64,000 nucleotides of DNA from Nitrosopumilus sp. (GCA_965238275.1 OZ250186.1:1056001-1120000); one strand, 5' to 3'. Numbered from the stretch's first letter, positions 17,605-28,309 are shown. Numbers and translations: made by a program. Notes: generated by a model not told the origin, from the sequence alone.

Positions 17605-18815
17605 GGCGTTGTCCAAATCTTAGTTCTACAGACCCATTTGCTGTTCATTTACACACACTTTATTGGTTATGATTCCGTTAATTTGGAGGGATTTTCTGTG
17701 TCCGAAGCATAGCAGAATACATCGGGTGCCAGAACCGTGCCTGGAAGCATAGCACACGCTAGACACATGGCATGCATTCTTGCACCATGACATCACGACA
17801 GCAGGTTGTAACAGATGCACCTGAGCAATAACTGCAGCCTTTGGGTCGGCAGCGTCTTTGCTTGGACCACTGCGGTGAACCTGCACTTGAACGACGAGAA
17901 CACCGACTCTACTATGCTGCGGCGGTGGTACGTCGTTTCAAACTCTTCGGGGTTCTTTTCCTGCCACCTGATCATCTCTGCCCTCGGGCCGAATCCCTTT
18001 GCGACGTGGTTCTTGCGGGTGCATATGACCGGCTTCCTGCCCGCATCGCGGATCATCTTGTAGTTTTTGACTGCATCATACCCTGTATCAAGCATCACGC
18101 ACCCCGTGCCGTCCGGAACCTTCCCGAACATCTCCCTGAATACGGGAGAGTCGTGCGCGCGTCCCCTGGTGACTGCGCAGGAGACGATCTTTCTTCCCTT
18201 GACATCAGTCACCACATGCAGCTTGACGAATTCGCGTCTGGAGATGAGGCCCCTTTTGGCATCCTCCCAGTCTGCGTACTGGTTGATGGCGACCCCCGTG
18301 GAGTCTCCTAGGAGGGAACCGCGCGCGTAGGATCCTGCCTGCCGTTCTATTGTTTCGTGCAGCCAGTCATAATCTGCGATTATGGCAGATACATGGTGCA
18401 GGCAGGATTTTGATGGAACGGTTTTTAATCCATACATGTGCAACGTTCCCTGATGTGTCTGCAGGTATGAGACATGTTGACGGTATGAATGGCAGCGGAA
18501 CTCCCGGTCTGCAAGGCATACCATGTATGGGATCATACGCACATTGCCAGAAGTGGCAAGCGGGTAGATCTCAAGCAGCAGGGCGGTGAGGGCCTTGATC
18601 CGTAATCTGGTTGTGTGGCCTTCACCCCTTCTCCTTGTCTCGTATTCCTTGTAGTATCCGGCAGGACGTTCCCATTTCTTGGCGTCGGTGCTCTTGCTTT
18701 TGCATCGTTTCTTGCTCTTGCCGTGCTTCGTGTTTGTATCACGTTTTTTGTTCATTAAGCGGCGCGCGATCTTTAAGCTTTTCGTTGATTTTCGGTTCAA
18801 AGTTTGGACAACGCC
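17605..18815 (-). mobile_element. IS5-family element (IS903-like ends)
   Basis: TIR GGCGTTGTCCAAA; 9-bp TSD CCGGTTGGG (17596-604, 18816-24). Confidence 0.9.
17793..18800 (-). CDS. Transposase (DDE_Tnp_1 type)
   Basis: GDSTG, FVKLHV, LDTGYD, YHRRSIVESVFS. Confidence 0.9.
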   Translation of the reverse strand: MNRKSTKSLKIARRLMNKKRDTNTKHGKSKKRCKSKSTDAKKWERPAGYYKEYETRRRGEGHTTRLRIKALTALLLEIYPLATSGNVRMIPYMVCLADREFRCHSYRQHVSYLQTHQGTLHMYGLKTVPSKSCLHHVSAIIADYDWLHETIERQAGSYARGSLLGDSTGVAINQYADWEDAKRGLISRREFVKLHVVTDVKGRKIVSCAVTRGRAHDSPVFREMFGKVPDGTGCVMLDTGYDAVKNYKMIRDAGRKPVICTRKNHVAKGFGPRAEMIRWQEKNPEEFETTYHRRSIVESVFSSFKCRFTAVVQAKTLPTQRLQLLLRCICYNLLS

Positions 18816-19068
18816 CCGGTTGGGTCATCATTTATCAAATCCTGGGACGTGAAATACATTTCTTAGGGTTTTACAAGCACATTCCAAGCACTATGTGAAT
18901 GAGTACAGGTGATCTGCAAATCATCGGTAGGCAGACCCTGTTGAGTGCCTGATACAAAGATACTCCCCCATCCCGAATATAGGTTTTCAATCTGGAGAAG
19001 ATCCGCTTAGGTCGCCGACTTTTCACCATTCGTTGGGTCACCGTGACTTACCAGTTCCTCTCAGGAAC

Positions 19069-19153
19069 ATGCTGCTGCTGATCGTATTTGGCTACAAAGA
19101 GCTGCCGGAGCCCCCGCCGCCGGTGCTACCCTGAGATACTTCTGGGAAGACTG
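19069..19153. repeat. ~90-bp imperfect direct repeat, copy B, just downstream of the integrase
   Basis: Matches 8634-8724; preceded, like copy A, by a (degenerate) MITE end containing AATCTGGAGAAGATCC. Confidence 0.85.
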
Positions 19154-19220
19154 AGTGCGCTGACTGGTGGCAGGCTTGGTTACAGGTATGTGTGCCCGTT
19201 CTGCCTTGGCGCAAATACGC

Positions 19221-20501
19221 TTACTTTTGCAAATCAATCATCGCTTTCTTGCACCGTTCCTGGAAGGCGCGCATCCTGTCTCTCTCTGTCAGGGAATCCA
19301 GTAACTGTTCCCGCAGGCGTTCTATCTCCTGCTCGGCATTGTAGAGCCTGACCCGCAGGGTCTGGACGTCGTCACCATCATCATTCCGGTCAAGGGCGTG
19401 TCCTGAATTGGTCAGGACGTTGATCCTGCTTGATGCCTTTGCATACTCCCGGCGCAGCGTATCCGGGTATAGGGCGGGTTTTTCATACGAGTCCTTTGGC
19501 TTGTGCCCGAGGATAAAGTCGGCCACGTACTGCGCGCACCCGCAGTCCATCAGGGTAGTCTTTAGCAGGTCCCGGAGCTCATGCGCCCGTATCTTGTACG
19601 TATTCCTCGACGTTTTTTTCTGCAGCCCGGCGGCGACGGCCAGCTTGCCCATGCTTACTGATACCCACGTGCTCTTGATGGGCCTGCCCAGCTTGTTGAG
19701 GAACAGCGGGCCGTTGGCATCAAAACCCCCGTACTCCCGGACGCGCCAGTCAAGGTAGTTCCGTATTGCGGTAATGGCATCCCTGTCCAGAAATGTGATA
19801 AACTGCACCCCGGTCTTCATCCGCACCAGCTTGATTGGGACGGGGCACCTGCCTGGATCCCATTTGGCGTGGTCTGTTGACCCGAAATGCCTGGATATCT
19901 GGGAATAAGCCTCAAAGTTGAACCTGTCTGCAAGGGTGGACGAGTCCAGCCCGGCCTGGAACTTTACCAGCATGACTGCGTTCAGCATGACAGACGGCCG
20001 TCCCCGTGTCAGCATCTGGCACCATTCATGCAGCGTCAGCCTGCTGTCTTCTTTTGTCTCCTGGGTCTCGTGGCGCTTGGGGTCGTATTTCATTCCCACC
20101 GGGGACTCGTTCTTGGCAAAATACGACATGATGGCGCAAAATATGTTGTTCATGGTGCTTGGGCTCGACCCCCCGTGTATCGGGTCGTTGAGGTACGTCC
20201 TGATGATTCTTATGACTACCTTCCCGGGTATGGTGGAGTTATCAAACATGGTCAGGAGCTGCTCGACGTTTTCGAGCCTGGTCTCGAGGATTCGCTCCTC
20301 CAGCGTCCGGTCACCCGTCTTGACGTTCCGTCTGATAGTAAAGGATTGGCCGGGTAGCCATTGGTTAAATCTGGCAAGGTTATACACGTACAGGGTGCGG
20401 GTGCTGTTGCTGCTTGACGGCATTGATATGTTCCTGTACCGGTTCCCGCGCAGTTGGCTTGTCCAGTATTTCACGCTTTGGAGGTCGTCCAGCCGGGACA
20501 T
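19221..20501 (-). CDS. Tyrosine recombinase/integrase with C-terminal coiled coil (upstream ATGs at 20612 and 20744 possible)
   Basis: RMKTG, PLF, HELR, LGH and DSY motifs; box I reads AGLDSSTL (no Arg). Confidence 0.85.
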   Translation of the reverse strand: MSRLDDLQSVKYWTSQLRGNRYRNISMPSSSNSTRTLYVYNLARFNQWLPGQSFTIRRNVKTGDRTLEERILETRLENVEQLLTMFDNSTIPGKVVIRIIRTYLNDPIHGGSSPSTMNNIFCAIMSYFAKNESPVGMKYDPKRHETQETKEDSRLTLHEWCQMLTRGRPSVMLNAVMLVKFQAGLDSSTLADRFNFEAYSQISRHFGSTDHAKWDPGRCPVPIKLVRMKTGVQFITFLDRDAITAIRNYLDWRVREYGGFDANGPLFLNKLGRPIKSTWVSVSMGKLAVAAGLQKKTSRNTYKIRAHELRDLLKTTLMDCGCAQYVADFILGHKPKDSYEKPALYPDTLRREYAKASSRINVLTNSGHALDRNDDGDDVQTLRVRLYNAEQEIERLREQLLDSLTERDRMRAFQERCKKAMIDLQK

Positions 20502-20766
20502 TTTTTGGGACTTGATTTTTTTGATTATGCCGCGTTTCTGCGCAATGATGGCGGCCCGGTAGTGGTAGTTGACAAACGCAACAGTCGAGCACGACTTGGG
20601 CTTGTTGGGCATGTTCCTCCTGATTATGTCGATTATGACGAAATGCGTTCCGACATCCTTGAACTTGGATACTATGCTCGCAAATCTTTTGGGCACCCCG
20701 ATCAGCTTGTCCGGCGTGGGATCATGGCATACCACGTATTGCATGCAAACGTGACAAATGCTTTAG

Positions 20767-20946
20767 TTAAAAATCTTGACAATTTTGCTGCCCCACGGCC
20801 ATCGCGTCCTTCCGGCGGCGGGCCTTGTCTGCACACTCCGGCATGACAAAGTCCGGCCTTGGCAGCCAGAATGCCGCCACGAAATACGCGGCCGCGCAGC
20901 CAAGCCATACCAGCGGAATGATTATCTTTGGATTCATCATGCCCAT
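20767..20946 (-). CDS. Small single-TM hypothetical protein
   Basis: PKIIIPLVWLGCAAAYFVAAFWLP hydrophobic stretch. Confidence 0.35.
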   Translation of the reverse strand: MGMMNPKIIIPLVWLGCAAAYFVAAFWLPRPDFVMPECADKARRRKDAMAVGQQNCQDF

Positions 20947-23226
20947 AATACCATTGGTGTTTCGGCAGTAATAAAGGGATGTGTACTCAGTATAAGTGAA
21001 TATCACATGTACAGTTATTGGCACAGTATGATGTACCCGCTTTCCAACCCAGCGTTGGGCAATCTATGACGGGGTGTTGCGCGGTTCCCGGTGCGGCAGG
21101 AGCCCTGGAATGCTGTTGATGGATGATCCGGCATTTATGGCAAAGTCGATCCTGCCGCCAGGTTCTGCATTATCCACCACTGCGGGTTTGGTAAGTCGCG
21201 TCTTTGGACGAGACTGATGTTTGATGGTCGCATCCACGCCGGACGAACCGCATGAGCCAATCACGGCATGGTAACTTGCATGAGTCCGCTGTGGATTCGC
21301 GACGTGGCATTCCCCCACCATATGTCAGTCGAATAACCGCTGCCTGGATATGCCGGCGTGGATGCAGATACCGTCCTCGCATTCACAACAAACTCCACGA
21401 AATCGCCTGCCTGGACCTGCACCTGCATGATAGCGTCCCCGTCCTGCATGTTGTAAACCAGTCCGCCATTATTGTCATATATGAAACGCCTCTCCAGGAA
21501 ATCACCTGGCACGACAGTAACATCACTGCTTTCAAATATCGTCTGTCCCTGGATCCATTCGCCGTTCACGTACGCGTTGACATACACGGTGAGCGGCCCC
21601 TGTGCTGCCATCACCTGCTGCATTCCTGACAGGTTGGAGTCTATCATCCACTGCATTATGGGTCCCCAGTCTACGCTTGTGACGTCTGCGTGCGTGTCAC
21701 TATTCCCCCATGCACCGCACCTGTCATACACGAAACATTCTTCGGTATCCGGGGTTCCGGGCGGGATGAAGTTTCCATAATAGTATGAATCAATCGGGAA
21801 TGCAGTGGAACCCGACGCCTCCGCGTTGACGAACCGGACCTGCATGTTGCCCGTGTTGTTGGCAAACGCGGCAATCCTGTCAGAGACGCGCGACACGGTA
21901 AATCCCAAGTCGTTGCTGAAAGCGTACGCGGTCGCGGCGTTTTCAGCATCAGTCATTCGCGCAGAAACCGGAAACGTCTGGATGTTGTCCAGGTCGCCGT
22001 CTGCCCACGTCCCGTTGACCAGGATGGCAACGTTGTGGGCGCCAGGATATATCGGGATGTGGAATTTGTCGCCGCTGTCGTACGTCCCGCGCAGGTAATC
22101 GAAACTGATGCCCTGTTGTCCTGCCAGCGCCACCCCCCGGACATCCATGTTGTTCTGGTCAATTTCCACCTCCAGCATGGATTCTGCGACGTATATCATG
22201 TCATCGCGCCACCTGATATCCTTGACTTCCCCATTGTGCGCATCAAACATCACTGCATTACCACCACCACCGCGCCTGGTCAGAGAGTCCGGCCACACGG
22301 TGAGTTCGAGATTCTTGCCCCCAAAGAAGTCAAAATCCATGTCTGCAGGAGTGATTTCTATGCTGCCGCTATTTGACGTCAGGCCGGAGATTATGGCAAT
22401 GCCGTCGGCCGTTATCCTGTACGGGGCATTCTCTGGCATGTTGGTGACTATGAAGGCCGGCGGGATCTCCTCGCCCACGAATGCCTTGATCTGCGCAGTA
22501 GACGTGGCGTCGCCGCCGACTGTCCTAAGATAGAGGTTTCCGCTGTACGACTGCATCGTGAATGGACGGCTAAAGTCTTGCCCGCTGAACGCGTGCAGCA
22601 CCTGTATTATGGGCGGTATGTGTGGCAAGTCAATCCGGACGGATGCGCTCAGGGGCACGTGGATCGTCCTTGTGATGGGTCGGCCAGAGAAACTCTCCAG
22701 ATCCAGGGTTACAGACTGGCTTGGGATGCTGATGCGCGTGATTTTTTGGTACCCGCCCTCGCTGGTGCAACTTATCGTGGGCGTTCCAGTGTACGGCACG
22801 GACACGGTCGTTGTGCCCTGCCTGTAACTTGCCGTCACGCTCACGTGCGTCGAGGACTGGCAGCCGAGGGCGTAGACGTTTGGGATAAGAGTAAGCCCGT
22901 AGGCGCCTTTCAGCGTTTTTGCGTATATTATAAAACCATGATATTTGTCACCGATGAAATCCTCTGGATCCCGTGCATACTCTATGGGGCAGCCCGCGCT
23001 CGTGGCCTCGTGGTTAAGATCGTAGTTGTGAATGTGAATTGGGTATACCCTGAAATGACCCCCCTTGTTGGTCCAGAATACCTGTTCTGTCAATTCATTT
23101 GGCCAGTAACCGTCGCAGTGCCATCCATGACTACCGAGCGTGTGGCCGTTGTATTCTATGTATCTCTTCTCCATAGATGAAGAAGACGACGACACGTATT
23201 TACTGTAATAACTGACGGTGTTGGGG

Positions 23227-24300
23227 TCTATTGTACCGAAATTAGGTCGTCCTAATTTTAGACGTACTGCAAAGGAATACTTTGTCCTTTATCGGTCAAG
23301 AAAACCGTTGATAAAACGCCTGACTGCAAAGACAATCAGATACGCAGTCACACAGTGCAGGAAAGGCCAAAAGACGTCCCAGATTGCCAAAGAGATAGGA
23401 GTCTCACAAAGGCACGTTCAGCGACTGTACGCCCGGTTCTGCAGGACAGAATCCCACCACGTTCCAATGCCAGCGGGAAGAAAGCCCATACGGGCCACCG
23501 AAGACGAGATACGGCGGGTTCTGGACATGCACGCACGGGAACCGGTAGGCGTGCTGCGCACGGTAGGAAATCTCAAAACAGACTGCGATATAAGCTACAG
23601 ACGGGCATACAGGATCATGAAAGAGCATGGTTTGGTAACGCCCTCGGCTGCAAAGTCAAAGAAGAGAAAGTGGGTCCGTTTTGAGAGGAAATACTCGAAC
23701 GCAATGTGGCATGTGGACTGGCACGTCATGAAGGATCCGCGCTTCAGGGGCCTCAACCTGATAACGTACCTGGATGACTCATCCAGATGCATAGCAGCAG
23801 CACAGATGTTCACCGAGGCCACCTCTGAGAACGCGGTGGCCGTGCTGCGAAAGGCGATCGAGACGTTTGGAACACCTGCCACCATACTGTCTGACAACGG
23901 CTCATGCTTTGTAGGCGCGGCAGGCAGGCACAAGAAAGGAAAAGATGGCCGGAGAAGGAAGGCAGCTGCAGGATCATGGCAGCCCACCGCCTTTGAGGCC
24001 GAGCTGCTGGACCGCGGAATTGAACTGATAAACACCCGGCCGTACCATCCACAGACCAACGGAAAGCTGGAGCGGTTCCACCGCAGCATAGCGGAAGAGA
24101 TTTACCATTACGAGTCGCTGTCCGACTATGTCCAATACTATAATGAGCGAAGGCTGCACTTTTCACTTGACATGGCAAACCGTGAGACACCGCTCAGAGC
24201 GTTTTCCGCAAGAAAGGCCACAGATGAGATCAGAAAAGACAACCCCCAATGGATGGAGGTAGACACTGATGAGTAGGCGACATTATTTCGGTATACTACA
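23227..24300 (+). mobile_element. IS481-family element
   Basis: Imperfect TIR T(C/G)TA.T.TACCGAAAT, right end ACA; 15-bp TSD CTGACGGTGTTGGGG (23212-26, 24301-15). Confidence 0.9.
23308..24276 (+). CDS. IS481 transposase (rve domain)
   Basis: WHVDW, LDDSSR, SDNGS, PYHPQTNGKLERFH. Confidence 0.9.
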   Translation: MIKRLTAKTIRYAVTQCRKGQKTSQIAKEIGVSQRHVQRLYARFCRTESHHVPMPAGRKPIRATEDEIRRVLDMHAREPVGVLRTVGNLKTDCDISYRRAYRIMKEHGLVTPSAAKSKKRKWVRFERKYSNAMWHVDWHVMKDPRFRGLNLITYLDDSSRCIAAAQMFTEATSENAVAVLRKAIETFGTPATILSDNGSCFVGAAGRHKKGKDGRRRKAAAGSWQPTAFEAELLDRGIELINTRPYHPQTNGKLERFHRSIAEEIYHYESLSDYVQYYNERRLHFSLDMANRETPLRAFSARKATDEIRKDNPQWMEVDTDE

Positions 24301-24970
24301 CTGACGGTGTTGGGGTTGTAAGGCTGCACTACGGATATGATTTCAACGGCCATCCCGCTTGAAATCTCACCCTTCATCGTGAGCAGCTCGTTTAGCGGCA
24401 GGTCTATGCTGGCCTGGGTCTTGCGGCTTTCCCCGGAGTCGTTGTCAAGTACAGTCCAGTCGCCTTCCACCTTCCACCCGTTTACATACGTGTTCGGATC
24501 CACGTCAAGCGGAATCAGGATGTTGTCGCCGGTGTCGGTGTCCTCTATCCAGTTGAGCGAGTCATCGTTTGCCATCTCGTATTTTGCCAGGAGTTTGGGT
24601 ATCGGCATTGTATTTTCGGCGTCTGTATCCAGCACGGCTGCGGCAAACTCAAACTCGCCTGGGAACGTGTACGGGTCTAGCGGCTTTTCTGCACCTATTG
24701 TGCCATTTCCGTACACTATGTGGCCTTCTGCGTTCTTGGTGACTATCTCCATCGGGAAAGTTATCCCCGGGTTGGTGTTGTTGACTACCTGCGTGTTGTT
24801 GATTACTTGGACCGTGTGGGTGCTGTTGGTCGGTATTTCCTCCTTTACCGTAAAGACGTTGCCGCGCGACGTGACTATCTGGAGCTGCTTGGCAAACGCG
24901 TCCTCTGCGAATCCCGCGTACGCCGCGCCCAACACGGCAAACACGACAATGGCTGCAGCCAGTTTCGTCC

Positions 24971-25330
24971 TCATGTCAAAAACTCCTGCCAGCATTCAGC
25001 AAATTTGGTCGTGTTGACTATGTTTTTCACAGACGCCCCCACCTCATGTTCGACTGCGCAGATCCGCAGTACGGTGCCGTCATCATCAAGCACGCGGTAT
25101 TCCAATATATCCGTCTCCGGACCGGCATTATGCATCTTCAAGTCAGTTCCGTCCCACACGATGTCCACGTCTTCCTTGACGCGCTCGTTGTTGTGTATGG
25201 AAACCGCGGTTCCGGCATCAATCGCCTCGTTGTTTGCCTGCATGACGACAAACAAGATGGACACGCCGGAGACTACCAGTATGATTATGACTATACCTGA
25301 GACTAACATCGCGGCGCGGCCTCCGGCCAT
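24971..25330 (-). CDS. Archaeal type IV pilin-like protein (119 aa)
   Basis: Short basic leader MAGGRA followed by a hydrophobic helix; class III signal peptide-like. Confidence 0.55.
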   Translation of the reverse strand: MAGGRAAMLVSGIVIIILVVSGVSILFVVMQANNEAIDAGTAVSIHNNERVKEDVDIVWDGTDLKMHNAGPETDILEYRVLDDDGTVLRICAVEHEVGASVKNIVNTTKFAECWQEFLT

Positions 25331-25486
25331 TCAGCGTTGATTATTCGGGGGGGGGGATCTTTTTGGTCATGCGCACCGGATCCAAGGATGGGTTTGCAGG
25401 CACGCAGACGTCATTCATTGCACGCGTAAGGAATGAAAACGGTATAAAGGGAAAATCCTTCTTTTTTCCGACATTTCAGGCAGATT

Positions 25487-25915
25487 TCATCTGGCCAAAC
25501 CTGTCGAGTTCATCCTGGCGGCAAACCCGTCGGCCCTGACTGTCACGTCCAACTCGCGCAACACGACCTCGGATATCCCGGCCACCTTGACTATCATTCT
25601 TTGCGTGACGCCTTCCGTGTGGTCCAACGCTGCGCGCGTTGCGTATGCCGCCAGTATGACCGGGTTGCGCCCAACCGTCAGGCCAGCGCCGTTCAGCCGT
25701 TCCAGTATTTTCAGCGCCCTGCGCGCCGTCTTTTCGGACAGTTTCAGGTCGGATGCCAGTCGCGTGGCATAACCTGCGGCATTTGGAATCGGCAGGTTGG
25801 CGTCCATGGATTTGTGCAGATTGTAGTACGCGTGGCGCGCCTTCTTGGAATTCGCGTTGAGTGCCAAAAATACCTCCTTCATGCCTCGCGCCACGTTTTG
25901 TTCCCTGCATGCCAT
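25487..25915 (-). pseudogene. Transcription factor B (TFB) paralog, C-terminal cyclin repeats
   Basis: MACREQNVAR..KEV, RLASDLKLS, GRNP..LAA, TQR..VKVAGISEV. Confidence 0.75.
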
Positions 25916-26005
25916 AGACATAATCCGTAATAGGCAGTTTTGGGTCATTTCGTGCCTAGCATCTATTCCCACTTTGTGCCTAACGACTAATTACGGATTA
26001 CGTCT
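25916..26005. mobile_element. 90-bp MITE (AGACATAATCCGTAAT ends)
   Basis: 16-bp TIR; CAT on both sides; reverse complement of 54871-54960. Confidence 0.9.
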
Positions 26006-26009
26006 CATG

Positions 26010-26101
26010 GGGACTGTAACGTCTGCGTGTGACGGGACAGGCTGTAACATTTGTGTGACGGCTGGGTTCTGTAACATTACGGTGATATGGATCTTCTCCA
26101 G
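26010..26101. repeat. Three ~27-bp degenerate tandem units (CTGTAAC...GTGA) resembling stacked GGCnnTG-family ends
   Basis: The third unit ggttctgtaacattacggtga matches the reverse complement of 37423-37446 and is followed by GGATCTTCTCCAGA. Confidence 0.55.
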
Positions 26102-26459
26102 AAGGGCAAGATCAGATTGAGTTCTGTGCAATCTTTGGGTGCTGGTTTCTCTGGATTGAAGCGACAATCTATAGTGAAAAGCGAAAGTTCGTTCCAAGTT
26201 CAGCACCCCAGACCGAAAACTATGTAGATCATCTGGTCGCCTAACGTGGCATGAACGAGCAAATGTCGAGCACGACAGGAGGGTGGCGCTGCAGTTCATC
26301 GAGGAAGTGGTCAGGGTGTTCCTGTAACCCGCATTGGCGATTCGACTTGGCACGGCGTGCACTGAATACCGCCTTTGTGCTTGGATCCAGACTGCTTTCT
26401 CCCAAACACATGCTTTCTTAGGCAACGTCTATTGAAAAGGGGACCATACCTGTCTTCGT

Positions 26460-26954
26460 TTAGTCGTTTTTCTTGAAATCAATAGCCTTTTGCTTGTCAT
26501 TGAATGTTATTTGGTACTTGGTGAACAAGCCACTGCGACCAATCAGAATGTTTCTTTTAAGTTCTACTCCAATCGGATCGCGTTCCGGGAATGCGACATC
26601 TACGGTGTCTATGCCGATGCGTTGGCCTTTATATAGTATTTCTAGGTACATCTTTGACCTGTACGTGGTAAATTTTCCTCCGGCACCAATCGAATTTTTT
26701 TTAGATTTTTCATCAACCTCAAGCTGCAAGATGTTTGCAATTGCCCTCGGTATAAAACAGATGTCTGCCCCAGAATCCACCAGCGCATACGCTCTAAATT
26801 CAGGATTTTGTCCCGAAACCGCATGCTCTGAGAATCTCCTGAATATGACTTCTATCCTAGGTCTCTTGATTGGGACTACTTCCCCATCGTCATTTTTGAA
26901 CAGATCTGCTCTATATTTGAAGTGAAACTTGCCTGTAAACCTACTACCTCTCAA
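26460..26954 (-). CDS. Retropepsin-like aspartyl protease
   Basis: ALVDSGADIC and ILIGRSGLF motifs. Confidence 0.85.
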   Translation of the reverse strand: MRGSRFTGKFHFKYRADLFKNDDGEVVPIKRPRIEVIFRRFSEHAVSGQNPEFRAYALVDSGADICFIPRAIANILQLEVDEKSKKNSIGAGGKFTTYRSKMYLEILYKGQRIGIDTVDVAFPERDPIGVELKRNILIGRSGLFTKYQITFNDKQKAIDFKKND

Positions 26955-26969
26955 TATTCAGAGTCGGTG

Positions 26970-27179
26970 TCACAGGATTAATGTTTCTTCCTCTTGTTTT
27001 AGGGGCACCTGTTCAAACAAAGGGGTTCTTCCTTTACATACTGCCAAGGCGTCATTGTAGGTTTGTTCGACGTCTTCTCCCTCGGCTATAATTTTGGAAT
27101 CCAAAATAGCAATCCATTTGCCAGCATACTGCTCTCTGTTCTTTAAATTCAGTACAAATTCAGACTCTACGCTACTCAT
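26970..27179 (-). CDS. DUF5678-like small protein
   Basis: YAGKWIAILDSKIIAEG motif; directly upstream of the aspartyl protease. Confidence 0.8.
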   Translation of the reverse strand: MSSVESEFVLNLKNREQYAGKWIAILDSKIIAEGEDVEQTYNDALAVCKGRTPLFEQVPLKQEEETLIL

Positions 27180-27230
27180 GTCACAACCTCGTTAAATTAC
27201 TATATCAACTTTTGTGATTTAAAGGTAATG

Positions 27231-27526
27231 TGTATTGTAACGAAATTATGTCCGCCCCCTTTTGGTGGCTGTTTATCCATGGACATCCGCCTCCATCCAG
27301 TTTGGGTTGGTAGCTCTTGTGGATTCGTCTGCTGCCTTGTCATGGAACGCCTTGAGAGGCGTCTGGCAATTATCTATGTCAAGTGACCAGTGCAATCGTC
27401 TCTCGTTGTAGAATGTGATGAAATCTTCCAAGCTGTCGTGCCGTCCTACCTCGTCCTCAATGGTTCGGTGGAACCGCTCTAGCTTGCCGTTGGTCTGGGG
27501 GTGGTACGGTCTTGAATTGATCAATC
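27231..27526 (-). mobile_element. IS481 3'-end remnant
   Basis: TIR TGTATTGTAACGAAATTATGTC; LINSRPYHPQTNGKLERFH...NPNWMEAD is homologous to the 23308 transposase C-terminus. Confidence 0.85.
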
Positions 27527-27803
27527 CTATGTCGAGCTTGGCGCAGCATGATTTTGCCAAATGCCCCACGGTCGCCCTTTTTTGGTCGACCCTGTTGGCC
27601 ATCCTGCTGGCACGCCGCATCCTTTGGTCTCCGACTATGCTGGTGGACGACACGCGACTGCCGAACATTCCGTGGTTTTGGTCCTGGTCCATGCCGGGTC
27701 GCTCCATGGAAGAGTCAAGCACGCGCGCACATCCGGCGCAGACCGTCTCTCCTGCGAGTTCGTCTAGGATGGGCGTCGGGGCGGGGCAGGCGCATTCATT
27801 CAT
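27527..27803 (-). pseudogene. TFB paralog N-terminal part (Zn ribbon), fused in frame to the IS481 remnant
   Basis: CAC...ILDELAGETVCAGCARVLD. Confidence 0.7.
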
Positions 27804-27841
27804 GGATTGTGGGATGTTTTTTGCTTAAAACGGCCTCATCA

Positions 27842-28060
27842 TCACGATTGCTGCCACAGCTCAAACATCGTGTATTTGGACTCGACAATTTTGTTCTCCA
27901 GCAGCAGCTTGGCCTTGATACGTTCCACCAACAACCGTACCTCCCTTTCATTTTCGGGCGTGCGCATCAAAAACTTCCACACCAGGTGCTCGATATCGGT
28001 GGTGGTTTCAGGCTCCTCGTTCTCGATTCGGTTCTCCAGGGAGTCTGCCTTTATGGCCAT
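27842..28060 (-). CDS. Hypothetical protein (72 aa)
   Basis: Co-oriented with its neighbours; helical, charged composition. Confidence 0.5.
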   Translation of the reverse strand: MAIKADSLENRIENEEPETTTDIEHLVWKFLMRTPENEREVRLLVERIKAKLLLENKIVESKYTMFELWQQS

Positions 28061-28114
28061 GGATGGCTTGTGGCAAATCCACATATGGCTTTGTCGGTTC
28101 CGTAAAAAAAGTGG

Positions 28115-28309
28115 CTATGCCACGTTGACCCATTTCTTGGCAGTATGGAGCACGCGGCCATGGCCGCCGGACGTGGCCTCGCTCTGGAACTTGTCTATCT
28201 CGGACTGCGGCACGCCGGCCTTTTTCAATCCTTGATTGACCGTAACGAGTATCGCGATGGCGTTGCCGGCAATGCCTGATAGCCTGACAGTCACGTTGTA
28301 TTTTGGCAT
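28115..28309 (-). CDS. Small conserved mobile-element/phage-type hypothetical protein (64 aa)
   Basis: GNAIAIL..V..GLKKAG....EIDKF..EATSG pattern. Confidence 0.65.
   Translation of the reverse strand: MPKYNVTVRLSGIAGNAIAILVTVNQGLKKAGVPQSEIDKFQSEATSGGHGRVLHTAKKWVNVA

Larger units (their letters stand above)
21261..24974 (-). pseudogene. Secreted beta-rich surface protein (874 aa reconstructed) interrupted by IS481
   Basis: Signal peptide MRTKLAAAIVVFAVLGAAYAG; removing 23212-24300 gives in-frame ...YNPNTVSYYSKYVSSS...; ATGA overlap with the upstream pilin-like gene. Confidence 0.85.

Noticed and set aside
24138-24300. C-terminus of the listed 285-aa ORF
   Set aside because: Read-through into the antisense strand of IS481.
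21261-24974. Diversity-generating retroelement behind surface-protein variation
   Set aside because: No reverse transcriptase and no repeat pair differing only at adenines.
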